From: the human T2T-CHM13v2.0 reference genome, Homo sapiens | Reading direction: 5' to 3' (one strand) | DNA: 64,000 nt | Assembly (NCBI RefSeq): GCF_009914755.1 | Contig: NC_060935.1 | Shown: one piece after another, positions 61,672 through 64,000 of the stretch | How the letters are laid out: every line of letters begins with the position of its first letter | How positions within the stretch are numbered: the first letter of the stretch is position 1 | Notes under the pieces: generated by a model | Seen by the model: only the letters and a program-made list of their open reading frames with translations | Databases searched by the model: none | What the model was told of the DNA's origin: nothing | Position numbers and translations under genes: made by a program

Positions 61672-62190
61672 TGATGCAAACATACCCAAAAATTGGGGCT
61701 TAGCCCTAGAGGATTCTTGGCTTCACTCAGGAAAGAATTCAAGAGAAAGCCAACAGTGAAATAAAGCATGTTTATTAGAGCAAAAGCGTATGGCAAAATG
61801 GCTGCTCCATAGACAGAGGAGGGCTATCCCATATGCAGAGCTGCCCAGAGTGGAATTTTTGGATTGCTGGCTGGCTATATTAATACCCAATCTAAATTAT
61901 ATGCTAATTAATGGGCAGATTATTCATGAACTTTCTGGAAAAGGGGTGGGGCATTTCCAGTATCATATAAGTTAATCTCTAGATGTTGCCATGCCAGCAT
62001 TTGTAAACAGTGGTGGCAGGTATGTCTTACAGCATGCAACTGCAAATGAGCAGTGAGGGTTACTGGAGGTCACTTTCATCACTACCTTTGTCCTAGCTGG
62101 TTTCAGCCGATTTCTTTACTGCATCCTCCTTTGACCAGATCTTGTTTGGGTTCACGCACAGAAAACAAGTCCTGCTGATCTCCTACTTTG
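61672..62190 (-). mobile_element. ERV1 solo LTR (MER66-like), apparently nested in an older MLT1-like LTR
   Basis: rc start aagtaggagatcagcaggacttgttttct; ttcttggcttcactcaggaaagaattcaag; ctcc on both flanks. Confidence 0.7.
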
Positions 62191-63819
62191 CTCCTACTAA
62201 AAAAAGCAAAGAATACGCCTGTGCAAAGACCTTATTCTGCCCCAACTTGGGTTCATCCATGCGACTTGCTTTGGCAAAATGGACATGAATGGGCATGAGT
62301 GAACAAAAGTATGCAAAGCACTTTTTCTGTCTTAGCTAAGAGGCACCCTCTGGGTCTCTGATACTCTTTCAGCCAACTCCCACTCCAGTCTCAGGACCAC
62401 AAGTAAGCTCAAGTGCTCTCCCATTCTTCTTGGGGCAGCAGGAAAGCCAGTAGGTTGTCTAAGGTCCTGTCTGCCCCAATATTCATACAGTGATTTTCTT
62501 TCCCTGATCCCATACCACACAGCAGGAGAAGTGCTACAGAGCTGCTACCTCCCAGGATTCCATCGATTGGCAATCCCCTGTATTTTCTGGAGGATACACA
62601 TTCTGCAGCCAGTTTAGAGCTAACACTGGAGAGCCCCTTCTCAGTGACCCTCACCTGCATACGCTGTCTTCCTTCACTCTCACCTCTTTTGTCTCTTCAA
62701 ATTCTCTTTTGGTAGAAATAGGGAGGAGAGAGAACTGGTAAGCTAACTATTCTACCATACCAGTTTCTCACATCAGGATAATTACTTTTGTCTGATTTTC
62801 TTTCCATTCCTGCCATTCCCTGAAGTGGTGAAGGTCAAGGTCTAATTTGAATAGTAGGAATGGCAACAGAACAAATGAGAGAACTGAGGCAGCAACAAGA
62901 GCTGAGCTGACAGCAATTACTACCCCACTGGATATCAAAGGAATAAGTGCCAAATTTTAGAAGGTTCAGGTAAATATACAAGTCACCTGAAGTATCAAGC
63001 CAAAAACAGGAGCTTGGAAGGAGTATTAAGTTATGGACACCAAAGTAGGAGAATGCCATTGGTAGAAACACCAAGCCATAGTGATGTCGAAAGAGCCAAG
63101 TTAGAGAAGATACCATAGAAAGATCCGTGCTGTGGCCAGGGTGCAGGATGCAGGGAAATGCAAATCAAGATGTGGGTCATTGTGCATGGGCCAGGGCATG
63201 GCATGGCTTGCTATTTTGACAAGCTTATGCCTCAACTGTGCTGTAACCACACAATCCCTGTCTTAACGTAGCCACGCTCAGGAACCACTGCCTAAAGACC
63301 CTGAGAAGTCTGGAGAGGATCTGCTTTTCTCTCCCAGATGGAATATGGACCAGTGCTCACTGCTTTTTTGAGTCCTGCCACACTCACATGTCCTACGGAT
63401 GCTTTGGTCATATCATTATAGATACAAACATTGCTACCCCACTACCCTCACCTGCTGTAAGTCCCCTCCACGAGGTGACTTCAGTCTTTAACACAGCCTG
63501 ATATTTCAGGGTTCAAATGATTCAAACCAAAACATTTGAGGTGTTCATGTATTGATTTGTCTTCCGTCAAGATGGTAAAAGATGGAAGCAAAGCCACATC
63601 TGATCTCATAAGGTCCAAAACATTGAAGGATAAAATATGATCCCCTGCCCCTTCCAAGTCATCCTTCTACAAGTAGTAGAGATTCCTCCTTCTTTTTCTG
63701 CTGTCTCTGGATTTGTCCTTATTCACTATTCCTAACTTGGACCTAATGACCACCCATCCCCATTCAGGCAAGGCCAGGTGCCCCTTTCCAACGCTCCATG
63801 ATGCATCAGGCATTTTTCT

Positions 63820-63990
63820 CTTACTATATTTCCAATTATTTTAAAGCTCCCTGTTTATAAACCTCATTGAATTGAGAACTCCTACAAAAAGGAATTAGTT
63901 CTTTAATTCCTTCTGTATCTCATTCATGTCTGTATTCCCATGATCAACCTAGCACAGGACCTGGTATGGATTGTACATCAGTAAACACAT
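63820..63990 (+). mobile_element. L2 3' end
   Basis: tgtattccca...cctagcacaggacctggtatgg. Confidence 0.55.
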
Positions 63991-64000
63991 AACGATAGCC

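Overview
Primate (human-like) genomic DNA, intergenic or deep intronic and dominated by interspersed repeats. No host protein-coding exon, tRNA/rRNA gene, CpG island or CRISPR array is recognisable, and I cannot name the locus. The two largest features are convergent L1PA elements. The first (about 745-6708, +, L1PA7-like) has an intact 5' end, carries an AluY, and has lost its 3' end. The second (about 20477-26646, -, L1PA4-6-like) is full length with a TSD and a 629-aa open RT/C-terminal stretch. The rest is old L1M, L2, MIR, MaLR/ERVL/ERV1 solo LTRs, hAT and mariner fossils, Alus and microsatellites, separated by unique segments with enhancer-like motifs (a strong CTCF site and a paired AP-1 palindrome). 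The most unusual signal is a 24-bp inverted L1 fragment that seals the L1 3' deletion junction (6708-6731) and recurs identically 2.25 kb away inside a MIR (8963-8986). It is one of several fold-back or templated-insertion scars in the window. An intact, extended antisense ORF0 is also present. I see no evidence for a new multi-gene system. Subfamily calls are from recalled consensus sequences, and boundaries of old repeats are approximate.
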